A program made the translations under genes and the position numbers. Under the pieces are notes generated by a model. That model saw only the letters and a program-made list of their open reading frames with translations, made no database searches and had not been told where the DNA came from. DNA of 63,049 nt, filler included, from Aduncisulcus paluster (lineage: Eukaryota), in assembly GCA_024181965.1 (NCBI GenBank). It is 6 parts of 6 records of this genome, joined end to end, with 100 filler letters (N's around TTAATTAATTAA, not from the genome) between each part and the next. Parts side by side here need not be neighbours in the genome. Positions count along the whole stretch, not along the records: positions 37,601 to 46,026 come from BQXS01010858.1; positions 46,127 to 53,420 come from BQXS01010859.1; positions 53,521 to 63,049 come from BQXS01010863.1; 3 more parts are not named here. One strand, given 5' to 3'. Position 1 is the first letter of the stretch; each line of letters starts with the position of its first letter. Shown here piece by piece: positions 43,901 through 54,933 of the stretch.

Positions 43901-46026
43901 GCTGTGGATCAAGTTTGACTCTTTGAGAGACTCAAGAACTCTGTATGTTATGGAATCACGGCAAGGAGAGTGCAAATGAGTTAAAGATTCACCCTGAAGG
44001 CTTTCTTCAGTTGTGTGAGAGTGTCCTTCTTGGGGAGATATACACTTCAAGAGAAGGATCAAAACAAGGGGAGTTACAAGGGGAAACACAGGAGGGGCAT
44101 GTGAGGGAGCAGAAGAGGAAGAGGAAGAGGAAGAGGAAGAGGAAGAGGAAGAGGAAGAGGAAGAGGAAGAGGAAGAGGAAGAGGAAGAGGAAGAGGAAGA
44201 GGAAGAGGAAGAGGAAGAGGCGGCTTTGAAATCCTTCATCTTAGTTTTGGCCTTTAATTTAAGTTTATCGCCCTTTGTATATTTCTGAGTCTTCTTGGTT
44301 TGCAACATGAGATTGTATTCACTTTTCACAATGCTGACAACGAGTGGGCCGACTCCCATTCCCCTCCTTTTTTGACTATAGACTCCATTAACAATACCTC
44401 CAAGCAATACTAGCGGAGTCACGATGGAAGCTGGAAGACATGCCGAGGAAGAGGAAGAGGAAGAGGAAGAGGAAGAGTTGTTATTAGGATAAGAAGAACT
44501 AACACTGTGGGACACGAGGGAGAGAAGAGAAGAAAGTTCGAGAGAAAATAATATAGGGTGCACTTTATCTTTGGCTTCTTGTTGAATAGAATCTCTTGTC
44601 CGTGATCCAATCTCAGTAAAACATGACATCACACGCGAAGGAAGGAGATATAAAGACTCACCAGCTTGAGAAGAGTCATCCAGATGAGAGCTGTGATGGG
44701 GCTCTTTATGGTGATGTTGGATTCTCATCTCTTCCTCTTTCTTTTCCTCAGCTATCACTTTCTCATGCATTTTCATGAACACTTGTGCAGCTCGTTGTGA
44801 TGGAGCATTGTGCCTGTTTGTCAAAGAGGCCAGGAAAGGTGGCAAAGACATCAAGAAAGAACGTGAAAGCGGAGAAAGTGATTGAATTATATTTGTTGCT
44901 GACAATTCCTTACAATCCCTCACGTGTATATGTTTTGCCTCGTCATCATATTGGTCACTGGATAATGTGATAGAGTCTCCTTTCATACGTTGTGATATAT
45001 GAGAGCACAAATATCCACCAGTGAGTGTTCCTTTCCATAGAGCATGAGTAAGACGGGTGAGATGGCCTTCGTGGAGCTCTGGGTCAAGGGAAAGACGGGA
45101 GAAAAGAGCGTATCCTTTTTCAGTGAGGGGAAGAATACTGCCTTTGATTGTACCAGCATCTCTCTTAGTATCAGGTGTTTCTTCTTCTTCACCATTTAGA
45201 TGAGCTCCTATGGTGCCTCTGACCCTTGAACTCACTATATCATTCAAGGAAAGACACGAGAGGGAAAGACAATGAGGAGAATCAAATGGGACCAATGAAG
45301 GAAGATAAAAGGATGATGGGTCAAAGTCAGTACCGCTAGAAACACCACTGCAGGTCTTAGACTTAGTAGTATTCTTATTCCAGATGATTGAAGTTAGAGG
45401 GAAATGAAACAGTGATCCAGAGCAATCATGTTCTTCTCCCTCTTCTTCTCTCTCTTCTTCTCCTTCTTCCTCTTCCTTTTGCTCAGATGGATCTGGTCTC
45501 CTTCCTTCGTCTGGTGGAGCCCTGTCAAGAGTGAAAGAAATGAGGGCGATAGATATGCATGAGAAAAGGAGAGAGGAGGAGAGGGCAAGAGACGACAGGC
45601 GGGGTTGTACTGAGGAATGGTGAGGAATGACTGTCAAAATATGCACAAGGGATGCACAGAGAGCAGGATACATGCATATCATGTCGACATCACAAGGGGT
45701 CAGACCATGAGTGAGGTGAGTTATTTCATCATAGTTCCTAGATGATGGATGTTGTTCACTTCTTATATCTGACATTTCGATGGAGGAGGAGGAGGAGGAA
45801 GATGAAGGGAAAGAAAAAACTGATTTAGAATTGGAATAGAGCAGATTATGCGAGGGAGATGAAGAGAGTAGAAGATATGAACACATATGAATGATAGAGA
45901 TGAGAGAATCGCATATATTGACAAGGGGATGGGATGAAGATGATAACTTGTCAGAATGGTGATTGTCTCTGATGCACAAAGAGCTAAAAGAGGACATTGT
46001 ACAGTCCTTCGTTGCATCTCTTTCAC
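40903..46026 (-). CDS. Large (>1,700 aa) Ser/Leu-rich helical (ARM/HEAT-like) hypothetical protein, 5'-truncated, with one +1 frame break near 42570
   Basis: ORFs 42533-45997 and 40903-42642 overlap. Removing one G from GAAGGGA gives a continuous KKGEEEG-EKKGEG-EKKGEG repeat. The frame is open to the contig end. Confidence 0.65.
44112..44220. repeat. (GAGGAA)n hexamer microsatellite, ~18 units, encoding poly-Ser on the minus strand
   Basis: Perfect repeat. Shorter copies occur at ~44445-44478 and ~10333-10358. Confidence 0.95.
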
Positions 46027-46126
46027 NNNNNNNNNNNNNNNNNNNNNNNNNNNNNNNNNNNNNNNNNNNNTTAATTAATTAANNNNNNNNNNNNNNNNNN
46101 NNNNNNNNNNNNNNNNNNNNNNNNNN
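46027..46126. other. Artificial contig spacer
   Basis: N44-TTAATTAATTAA-N44. Confidence 0.97.
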
Positions 46127-46512
46127 GAGAATACAAATTCTGTGAGTTGATTAATAAAATGGTCATCGGACAGCGTTTCCTCCACTTTGAGCATTGGAAT
46201 GTATATCTTCTCAAATAACCAACTGATATCCTTTTTTGCTTTCATGGATATGGGACCAAGATAAAAACATCGACTGAGTGTCATTGAGATGCATTCTAAT
46301 AAAAGAGTGAATTCTGTTCTATTGGCAATGATATCGCTTGGAGTTCGAATCATCTCAAAGTGAGCCTGGATACGGTCAATGTTATCGACAAACAAAAGAT
46401 CTGTATAACACGACCAATGAGAATCGAAATCGTACTCTTCGATGGTCGTTTTTAACGTTTCAAGCTCAGCGATGGAGAAAGGGTTTCTGGATTGGCTGTG
46501 TTCCTCCAGCAT
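46127..46512 (-). CDS. Hypothetical helical protein, 3'-truncated
   Basis: Open from ATG 46512 to the contig end, with protein-like composition. Confidence 0.55.
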
Positions 46513-47257
46513 GGCGGATGAATATTAAAAAGATAAAAAATCTGATGATGTGATATAACGAATTGATTAGATGTGGCGGTATGGTGAAATAAAAAAAAGA
46601 GATTGAAGGGGCAAAAGCCTTTTCAAAGATAGAACCGCAATCATACATTTAATACAAGAATAAATGGTTAATATGAAAACTAAATGAAGTGGCTAATATA
46701 TAAATATTCCTTTTAGCAAAACTAATAATATGGTAGCTTTCCCAGAACCAAAACTAGGAATTTGATCGATATGATGACAATGGGAGAGTATAATAATATT
46801 AATTAAGGCCATGAGATCAATTAGAAGAATAAACTTTATTTTAATTTTCCAAGGGATAAAAAGTACATCCAACAAAAAATATTGTATTCATTGTTCATAG
46901 ATGAAACGAACAAAAAGAATAATAACTTCATGATGCGACAAATCGAACATCTCAAGTGATCACAAGGATCAAATGAAGTTCATTGGATATCTCTGAGGAT
47001 CAAATTCAATCTTCATGAGAAAAACAATGAATAAAAATACAATTATTAAGGAAATCAACACACTCAAGATTGATCCCAATTTAGCAGTACAGTATAGTAC
47101 TAATATAGAAGTAATAATAATAATCATAGTCATAATAATAAAAAAGGAACGGCAATATATAAAAAAATTAAATTGAATATATATATATAAAAAACTTGAC
47201 AGAACAATTTTCTGGTTTGGTGGATAAGTCCATACAGAAGCGTAACCGATCAAAAAC

Positions 47258-50200
47258 TCATCTAGCACCCGTGGAGGCACTTTGAACCGAGGGAGTTGAT
47301 CCAGATTTCCCTCCCAAAGACAGAGTTGTTGTGGATATCTGCCTGTCTGTACTCTTCAAAAGTCTCTTTGGGGTATACGGAGATGTGGAGGTAACAGAAG
47401 TCGTATGGGCGAAAAGTTGGCGTCGGTGTGAGAAGTGACGTCTTTCAACAGGCATAATATCACGAGATTTGCCATGTTTGAAACCATTCAACCGGGCTTG
47501 CCTTTGAGGAGAAGATATATCGGAGCCAACACTCTCGCGATGCTCACGCCATCTCTTTGGGGCACTTTTAGCACGAGTACGGGTATAGTGTGTTCCCATG
47601 GCTCCAAATTGCGCAATTGAGTGCGCATGACCTCCACGAGGAGTGGAACAAGATGAAGGGAGGATAGAGAAAGATGAGCTTGATGATGTTGATGAACAAG
47701 AGAGTTCATCGTCTTCGCTTGTCCCAAGAATCCTCCGGCGGTCCCGAACACACACACTCTTGGCCCTAGCACGTCTCTGTCGCTCCGAGTGGATAGAAGG
47801 ATCAACAGCGGATGATAATGGCTCACAGAGTGCACTCACAACATCTCCCACACGGATGGATCCACCGTCAGAAGGATAGGACAAAGGTGATGAATGTGAC
47901 GAGTTCGGAGCATTCAGCTTCTTCCATTGTTGAGTTTTTGAATATGCATCATTGACACACTTCTCCAATACTTCCCCACTTACGAAAGGATATAAGCTGG
48001 TGAGAGCACTCAGAATGGTCGATGCAGAATGTTGAGAATCCATTGTAATCTCCATACCAACACAATCACGGGAGTTGGATAAGATCTTGTTTAGGTGGGA
48101 GCTAACATGGGCCTGTCTGTCAGCCTGGGTCTGTCTGAACGCATTAACTGCTTCATTTATCTTACTCGAAGCTCTCGACCCAGAGAGCTGAACACTGGCC
48201 CTCCTTGGAGTCTTCTCTTCAAGAGCAACGGAGACAAGGGGCTCCTGCTTGGTGATACGCCCATAACGCTCAACCATTCGCAGATACCCATTGTAGTTGA
48301 TCATTCCTTCAGAATTACTAACTGCTGAACACACTGACCGGAGCTCATCACGAGACAAATGAACACCAAACGACATTAACCGAGAGTTGAATTCATGAAT
48401 ATTTAGCAAAGGCTGAGCAGACCCACTATCCATTCCTTTCTTTGACAGCGTGGAAGAGCTAATTGGAGCAGAGTCACGAGCAGACATGTAACCCTTGCTT
48501 CCATCGGCTCCAACACCTTTCAAAATGATTGTATTGTGAGTTTTCCTGAGTGCAGATGACAAACAGCTCATGCGTTGAGGATTGGAACCTGGAAGGGAAG
48601 GTTCATGGGGATTGGAGGGATCAACAGCCTTCACAGTGCCTCGAGCTGTCATAGAGAAAGTAGTGGTATCATCAGCACATGTCTTGGGTACATCGGGGAC
48701 ATCTGATCCTTCACGCACAGGTTTTTGTAATCTGGCAGTCTCCTTTTCCCTAATAACACTTGTGAGAACATCATCTTCCATGGAAGCACGCGACGTTTTG
48801 CCAGACTTCCTCGATACCAGCTTATTAAGGTATGATCTGAAGGTGTCAGTTGTCACAGTTCCATAACTATCTTGGATACGAGTGAACAAGGAAAGAGCAT
48901 TATTGTAAGGGTTATTCACATTGTTTCTACTCAAAAATCTAAACATAGAATCGACAGTGAGAGGCTGAGATCCCTTAGAAGTTGAAGAAACGGGTGCATC
49001 GACACTGCCGCTCACAGCTCCACGAGCACTCAACTTTCTGACCTCTTCAGCCTTCTTTTGACCCCTTTGAGAGTGTTGAATTCCATGTTGGAGAGATTGA
49101 GAGAGCTCAACGGCATCAGGACCACTCACATCATCAGCAGACAAACGAGTCAGATGCAAACGACTTGTCAGAGAGGTCAAAGCATCTTCCTGACACCCTG
49201 CAGCGGAAGCTCTGAAGGCAAGAATACCCTTATCCCTGCTTGTTAGTATAGGAACTCCTGCAGAAGACATAGGCACATCATCGATTGCAGCTCCATGAGC
49301 AGAGAGATCTAACGTGGGTATCCCATGACGAGAAGCTGACTCAGAACCTTCAACAGCTGTGGCACCAATGTCAGCAGTAGATGCAGCGCCTTCTCCTTCC
49401 TCTTGGGCGACTCTCTTATCACCAGCGTGTGCATTGTCCATGATATGGACTAATCCAGCCGTGGACATCGAACCCTCAGAATCCATCAATCTTCTTCGAG
49501 CATCCTGAACAGCTTGCTTTGTCAGCATCCGATCCCTTTCTCCTTCTTCTTCACTCTTGATATGCTTCACAACATCAGTAATCGCTTGACTAGAATCAAC
49601 AGTTTGGGCAGGAATGGATCTTGAGTGGAGAGATTCATCTTCAAATCCATGCGTGTGTTCATTTAGACTGTCATCATTGATGGCACAGCTCACGTCACCA
49701 CTTCCAACAAGCTTAAGTACATCAGTAAGTTCATATCCACCACGAACGGAACCTCCAGAGCCTCCTTCCTTCACAGAACTATCCCAAGCCTTTGAAGCTC
49801 CGTGCACATCCTTCACGGAACGCATGGCTTTGACAATATCGTTCGTAGAAAAATTATTGACTCCCAAACGGACAAATAAAGTGTGGATAAAGTGCTCATC
49901 AACACATACGGAATGACGGACATCGTGGAAGACACGAGAGATAGCAATAGGATGAAGTTTCTCAAATTCATTTCTAATTTTAGATGCAATGGCCTCAGAT
50001 GCACTAGATTCACGCCTTATCGCCTCTCTCTCAAGTGAAGCTGGGGAATTGGACATAGCCTTTGGTGCTGCCTGTTGGGATTTGATATGACGTTGAATAA
50101 TCTTTTCTTTCACTTCCTCGACAAGCCCATGAGTATCGATCAATTCACCAATGACTCTGTGCTTTCGAACTGACTCTGGATTCAGCTTGAGAAGATCAAC

Positions 50201-51445
50201 AAGGTCGGCACTTCGAACAAACCCTGGAGTGGTCTCAAAGGTTTTCATGCGACGCCGCAGGGCCTCGCATTGGACATCTACTTGTCTAAGAACAGAAATA
50301 GGGAGATATTCCCCGGGGGAAGAAGGTGGGGAACAAGGAGTGGAAAGGGGGAGAGTGTGAGTGGAAGAGGGAGAGGATACAATGTCTGAAGCCGAGCCAG
50401 GGAGTTCACCCAAGGAATGGTCAGGCGTCAGGGTGGCATCGTCTTGGGAACGAGTGGAGCCACGGCGAGAGGCAGAACGGGATCGTTTCTGGACCGTGCG
50501 GCGTCTTCTTTTCTTTCCATGTACTTTTTTCTTATAGTCTTGTTGAGAATGAGTTTTAAAATGAAGGGACGGAGAAATAGGCTTTGTCGAGGATAATACT
50601 TGAACCAAGTCATCGATATCAAGAAGTCCTTGTGATTTTTCAGGTCGAGATGGCGAGTTTTGAGATAATTTTGATTCCTGAATTGGGAGAGCTGGAGCTG
50701 GTTCAGTGCCCTCATCAGGAAGAGTTGCGGCAATTTGAGATTCTTGAAGGGGTTCTTTTCGGCTTGATTCGGTATCTTGTTCCTTTTTAACACCAATTTT
50801 AATCCGATCATGTGTTTTAATCGGACGGTAATGGTGTTCTGAATCTTTGGGTTCTTCTCCAAGTTTTGCGTCAGAGCTTGTCCAATTTCTCAATGCTATT
50901 TGACCTTGGGTGGATCTTGAGAGAATTTTTGGAGGCAATGGAGGAGAAACCCCATCAGCAACACGACATAAAGCGATCAAAGGATCACAAGAAAGATCAA
51001 CATGGGATTGAATCATATTTGCAAGATATGACATTGTAGAATCAGGAATAGATAATGTTTTCTGCATTTCTTTGGGTATTGAAAGAAGATTACCTCTGAA
51101 AAGGCCCATAACTTTTGACTTATCATAATCCATGCTAGCTAACATGGACTTGGCCGCAGCCTGGGAATCAAGGCGAGCTTTTCTTTCTTGCATTTGTTCA
51201 ATATCAGCTTTTTGTTTAAGCTTTCCATATTTTGAGCTGACGGGACGATTTGAGAGTTGTTTTGGAGTTAATGAATATTGACGAGCAGATCTAGGAGTTT
51301 TATGTGGAATAGATGATGCAAATGTTGAAGTACTAAAGGCTACAGATACCGGAGACATCATAAGTGACTGAGAATCAATGGTGTTCTCTTCACCACCAGC
51401 AGAATCTGAAAAAATATCTTTAAATTGTGCTTTAGAATAGGACAT
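47258..51445 (-). CDS. Large low-complexity protein (~1,395 aa) with degenerate EF-hand-like pairs
   Basis: Long Ser-rich ORF. LNIHEFNSRLMSFGVHLSRDELRSVCSAVSNSEGMINYNGYLRMV resembles an EF-hand pair without canonical Ca ligands. Confidence 0.7.
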   Translation of the reverse strand: MSYSKAQFKDIFSDSAGGEENTIDSQSLMMSPVSVAFSTSTFASSIPHKTPRSARQYSLTPKQLSNRPVSSKYGKLKQKADIEQMQERKARLDSQAAAKSMLASMDYDKSKVMGLFRGNLLSIPKEMQKTLSIPDSTMSYLANMIQSHVDLSCDPLIALCRVADGVSPPLPPKILSRSTQGQIALRNWTSSDAKLGEEPKDSEHHYRPIKTHDRIKIGVKKEQDTESSRKEPLQESQIAATLPDEGTEPAPALPIQESKLSQNSPSRPEKSQGLLDIDDLVQVLSSTKPISPSLHFKTHSQQDYKKKVHGKKRRRRTVQKRSRSASRRGSTRSQDDATLTPDHSLGELPGSASDIVSSPSSTHTLPLSTPCSPPSSPGEYLPISVLRQVDVQCEALRRRMKTFETTPGFVRSADLVDLLKLNPESVRKHRVIGELIDTHGLVEEVKEKIIQRHIKSQQAAPKAMSNSPASLEREAIRRESSASEAIASKIRNEFEKLHPIAISRVFHDVRHSVCVDEHFIHTLFVRLGVNNFSTNDIVKAMRSVKDVHGASKAWDSSVKEGGSGGSVRGGYELTDVLKLVGSGDVSCAINDDSLNEHTHGFEDESLHSRSIPAQTVDSSQAITDVVKHIKSEEEGERDRMLTKQAVQDARRRLMDSEGSMSTAGLVHIMDNAHAGDKRVAQEEGEGAASTADIGATAVEGSESASRHGIPTLDLSAHGAAIDDVPMSSAGVPILTSRDKGILAFRASAAGCQEDALTSLTSRLHLTRLSADDVSGPDAVELSQSLQHGIQHSQRGQKKAEEVRKLSARGAVSGSVDAPVSSTSKGSQPLTVDSMFRFLSRNNVNNPYNNALSLFTRIQDSYGTVTTDTFRSYLNKLVSRKSGKTSRASMEDDVLTSVIREKETARLQKPVREGSDVPDVPKTCADDTTTFSMTARGTVKAVDPSNPHEPSLPGSNPQRMSCLSSALRKTHNTIILKGVGADGSKGYMSARDSAPISSSTLSKKGMDSGSAQPLLNIHEFNSRLMSFGVHLSRDELRSVCSAVSNSEGMINYNGYLRMVERYGRITKQEPLVSVALEEKTPRRASVQLSGSRASSKINEAVNAFRQTQADRQAHVSSHLNKILSNSRDCVGMEITMDSQHSASTILSALTSLYPFVSGEVLEKCVNDAYSKTQQWKKLNAPNSSHSSPLSYPSDGGSIRVGDVVSALCEPLSSAVDPSIHSERQRRARAKSVCVRDRRRILGTSEDDELSCSSTSSSSSFSILPSSCSTPRGGHAHSIAQFGAMGTHYTRTRAKSAPKRWREHRESVGSDISSPQRQARLNGFKHGKSRDIMPVERRHFSHRRQLFAHTTSVTSTSPYTPKRLLKSTDRQISTTTLSLGGKSGSTPSVQSASTGAR

Positions 51446-51847
51446 GACACAAATATATGATTGGCTTTGCGTCAGAGTGGAATTTTTTGCAAACTCAACA
51501 AAACCGTCGAGTCCGATGATGATGGTTATTCTAGTGGACAATATTGAAGTCCCGAAATTAATTCATTATATATGACCAGATTTATGATTTTTCCCTTTTA
51601 AAAATTAAGAAAGTTTCGTCATATTTCAATAATATTATATGGGATTTGCCAGCGTTCGAATACAACAAAAATAATAAATAAACCGTATTAAAATGAATCT
51701 TAAAATGACTGTTATTAATAAGGGTATCTTCTCAGTACCAAAATATGGTTTAATTTACGATATATAGATTTCTGGCTCATTCAGCATGGTATTTTAATCA
51801 ATTTTATTGTAGAATCATGAAACATGCAAAATAAAAATCAAATATTC

Positions 51848-52582
51848 TTATTTATCATAATCTTCAGCTGTGGCCATGGCAAGTTCAGTTTCATCGTGAG
51901 TTGGCTGAACCTTCTCTCCTTCATACATATCGTGGGTATCAGCTTGAATAGGTTGCTCAATTCCAGTAGCGCCATCAACAGCTGCTGCCATTCCAAGAGC
52001 AGCCGTTCTACCAGCACTCCTGGTCCGTTCAACAGTTGGCACGTGAACAGGAGTGGTAACCTTTCTATGAACAGATGTTGAAGCAGTTAAAGAACGCTTT
52101 TTGGGGGCAGACCTCGATCTTCGTCCTGATTTCCCGATAGTTTTCATTTTGGCCGTTTGGTGATGTCTCCACCATTGAGTCATATCAATCCGTGAGTATT
52201 CAGGCTGCTTTTCTTGGATTCTCTTTAATATGCCCATATTGTCACGAGTAATCTCTGCAAGACGCTGTTGGCGGGCTGGACCATGGAGGGTCATAGGACC
52301 TTGACGAGGGTCAGGTTGCTTATGGCGGAGAACAGTATCTTTTCCCATGATGTGACACATCCTTGAGAGTAAATGAGAATTTTCCCGCTCAATTTTAGCA
52401 TACATATCTTCTTTCATCTGGGCCTTTTTGAAATTATGTCTTAAATGTGTATAAGAACGTGGAGAAGAATTGTTGACAGTTGATCTAGTATGTTTCAGCT
52501 TCTTTTTGTGAACATCGTGTTGATATTTTTGCCATTTCTTGGAACACACGTCGTCTGCTGTAGAAATTGACTTTGGCAACAT
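51848..52582 (-). CDS. CFAP97D/KIAA1430 (hemingway-like) ciliary protein
   Basis: HKKKL....STVNN..P, IERENSHLLSRMCHI, RQQRLAEITRDNMGILKRIQEKQPEY. Confidence 0.85.
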   Translation of the reverse strand: MLPKSISTADDVCSKKWQKYQHDVHKKKLKHTRSTVNNSSPRSYTHLRHNFKKAQMKEDMYAKIERENSHLLSRMCHIMGKDTVLRHKQPDPRQGPMTLHGPARQQRLAEITRDNMGILKRIQEKQPEYSRIDMTQWWRHHQTAKMKTIGKSGRRSRSAPKKRSLTASTSVHRKVTTPVHVPTVERTRSAGRTAALGMAAAVDGATGIEQPIQADTHDMYEGEKVQPTHDETELAMATAEDYDK

Positions 52583-52821
52583 TATTTTCTATATATATGT
52601 AAATAAATAATCAATATTATTCAAGGAATTGGTGATGGATACCTTGATAGGGGACAAAAGTCGAGCGAGTCAAAATTCGAAGTTATTTTGAGAATTTATA
52701 TGATCTATTCATCTTGAGGTCGTAAATTTATATAATCTTAATAGGAGAAATAAATTATTTCGACTGTTTCACTCTTGAACGCTCTAATTTTACCAATAAA
52801 AATTTCCAGGGGTGTACATCT

Positions 52822-52879
52822 TGCAGCCGCTGGCTGCCAACGAGAAATTTGGCTGCAATTGGCTGCCAAGTGGCTGCAT
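52822..52879. repeat. Cluster of TGGCTGC motifs (four direct, one partial inverted)
   Basis: tgcagcc gc tggctgc caacgagaaatt tggctgc aat tggctgc caag tggctgc att, within AT-rich intergenic DNA. Confidence 0.7.
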
Positions 52880-53420
52880 TTTGCGTTTTTTTTTGAAAAT
52901 AACTCCACAAATTTCGTGATTTGAATCTCTTTTTTTTGCATCGTTTCGCAATAATTATGGGTTTATACGGCTCTATTTCATATTCTACATTGTATATACA
53001 CTTCATATGAGACATTTCTCGGATCCTTTCTTCTACTTTCTTGGATAAGAAGATGATCATTGATTGAGGTGAAATTACGAATATAAATGAAATGCCATCT
53101 CAAGAAAAAATGTTTTTAAAGATATTAATAATACAAAAAGGCCATATTAGGCAATGTTCTTTTATTATTCTGCTCAAATACGAATCAACCTAAAATTATC
53201 CTACAGCATGCTATATTAAATATTTTCTTCCAAAAGTTTACTTTTTTACTTTTAATGGACAAGTAATTTGACTAATTATTCCTATAATTCATGCAAAATC
53301 TTTTGACCCCATTTTTGCAGCCATGTGCTATTTGGGACAGGAAACGAATAAATCGCATATACTCTTCCCCTCGAAAAGAAGATACTGTCCAAAACAACAC
53401 TGCTGTTCATAGATTGGCCT

Positions 53421-53520
53421 NNNNNNNNNNNNNNNNNNNNNNNNNNNNNNNNNNNNNNNNNNNNTTAATTAATTAANNNNNNNNNNNNNNNNNNNNNNNN
53501 NNNNNNNNNNNNNNNNNNNN
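53421..53520. other. Artificial contig spacer
   Basis: N44-TTAATTAATTAA-N44. Confidence 0.97.
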
Positions 53521-53857
53521 ATAGCATCAGATACTTGAATAACAAATGGTTTCAAAATATCACTCAGACTGGATTCATATTTAGTTGTCTAAAAATGAAA
53601 TAAGGTTAGAAGAAAAAATAAGCACAAAAATCCAATGGAAATGATTAAAATTTAATTGAAAATATTATTCATACCTCGGCCATGTTTGAAAATGTCAGGA
53701 AAAACAAGTTTTGGACTCCTGGGTCAATCCAATGCATAATTAATCGTAAAATGGAAAGAAATAATAATAAAATTCGTATTTATTTACTAAATTTGACAGT
53801 TTTGTAAGAAAAAATCTTTGTTAATTCAATTATTATTTTTTTTGTCACCTTGAAGGA

Positions 53858-54604
53858 ATGAATCAAGTAAGTCTTGAAGAATTACGTGATAAGATTATAC
53901 TTGTTCCTGAAGATAGATGTAAATGTATTGTTGACCCTGAAAGGGCTGAACCTCCACTTTTGGCCAAACTTCCCGATTCTATCGCAAATAATTGGAGAAA
54001 AGCTGCTCCAGGAGAACAAATAGGAACTCTTAAATTTAAAAGAGGAAAAGATAAGAAAATAAGAACAAAAAAAATGACTTTATCAACAGATAAGGGTATG
54101 GGTGGATTTTGTCAATTATATCTCGGTACTAAGCCAGGAACCAGGACTAAATCAATTTTATTATTCGATTCAAATCCAAAAGATGAATCTGTAAAAGGTA
54201 AAAAAGGAATATTTCGTGTTGTAGGTTCTGCACCTGTAATGCTTCATAAATTCGTTTCCAATGAACAATTGCAAAAGTCCTTAGCCGAATTACATTCTGC
54301 CACCAATGCTACAAAACATCTTCCCATTCGTGCCAAAGAAAAAGATGAAGAGACATGGGATCTTATCCCAACAAGTGGTGGGATTGGGCTATCATTGCAA
54401 GCTCAACCGATGCAAAAGACAAAATCGTGGCGGCTTGATGCCCTTAAACAAGAAGTTAATTCTATTCTTGGACGTGATGGGTCCGTTTCTTTTAACGATC
54501 TCATGGAACAAACCCGGGCTGCAAAAACAAAGCTTATGACAGTTTTAAAGGATATTGCAAGGAAGAATGATAGGGGAGAGTGGGAATTAAAGTTAAAATT
54601 CTAA
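53858..54604 (+). CDS. GTF2F2: TFIIF beta subunit (RAP30/Tfg2-like)
   Basis: LLAKLPDSIANNWRKA...IGTLKF (N-domain WLVKVP.YL...W..A...VG.L.I) and a C-terminal winged helix LMEQT.......L.TVLKDIA......WELK; 248 aa. Confidence 0.75.
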   Translation: MNQVSLEELRDKIILVPEDRCKCIVDPERAEPPLLAKLPDSIANNWRKAAPGEQIGTLKFKRGKDKKIRTKKMTLSTDKGMGGFCQLYLGTKPGTRTKSILLFDSNPKDESVKGKKGIFRVVGSAPVMLHKFVSNEQLQKSLAELHSATNATKHLPIRAKEKDEETWDLIPTSGGIGLSLQAQPMQKTKSWRLDALKQEVNSILGRDGSVSFNDLMEQTRAAKTKLMTVLKDIARKNDRGEWELKLKF

Positions 54605-54933
54605 TTTGATACTGTTTTTAGCTTTCCCGCCCGCGTTATCAGAAAGATGTTATGTTCAAAGATTTATAAATATTTTCGAATTTTATTTTATAATAAAATA
54701 AAAATGACTTATTAAAAAATTTTAAAAATAACGAATTCGCATGTTACTTTTTCAGGAATAATCTGACACACGATCTTCCAAAAAGTGACGCTAGTTAATT
54801 ACAGTCACTTTCTCAAAATCTATTTATAGAACTTGAACACCCCGATCGGTTTTATTGAGTAAATTGTAAGTGTCTAACATACACACTTTCATTCGTTTAG
54901 TAACTTTCCAATAGTATTGGCAATACCATTTCT

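Noticed and set aside
43945-44229. Plus-strand ORF with a long (KR)n tract
   Set aside because: It is the antisense reading of the poly-Ser microsatellite.
19372-53520. Recurring TTAATTAATTAA motif between N runs, resembling a repeat or element boundary
   Set aside because: It is an artificial six-frame stop linker that joins contigs. Gene adjacency across it has no meaning.
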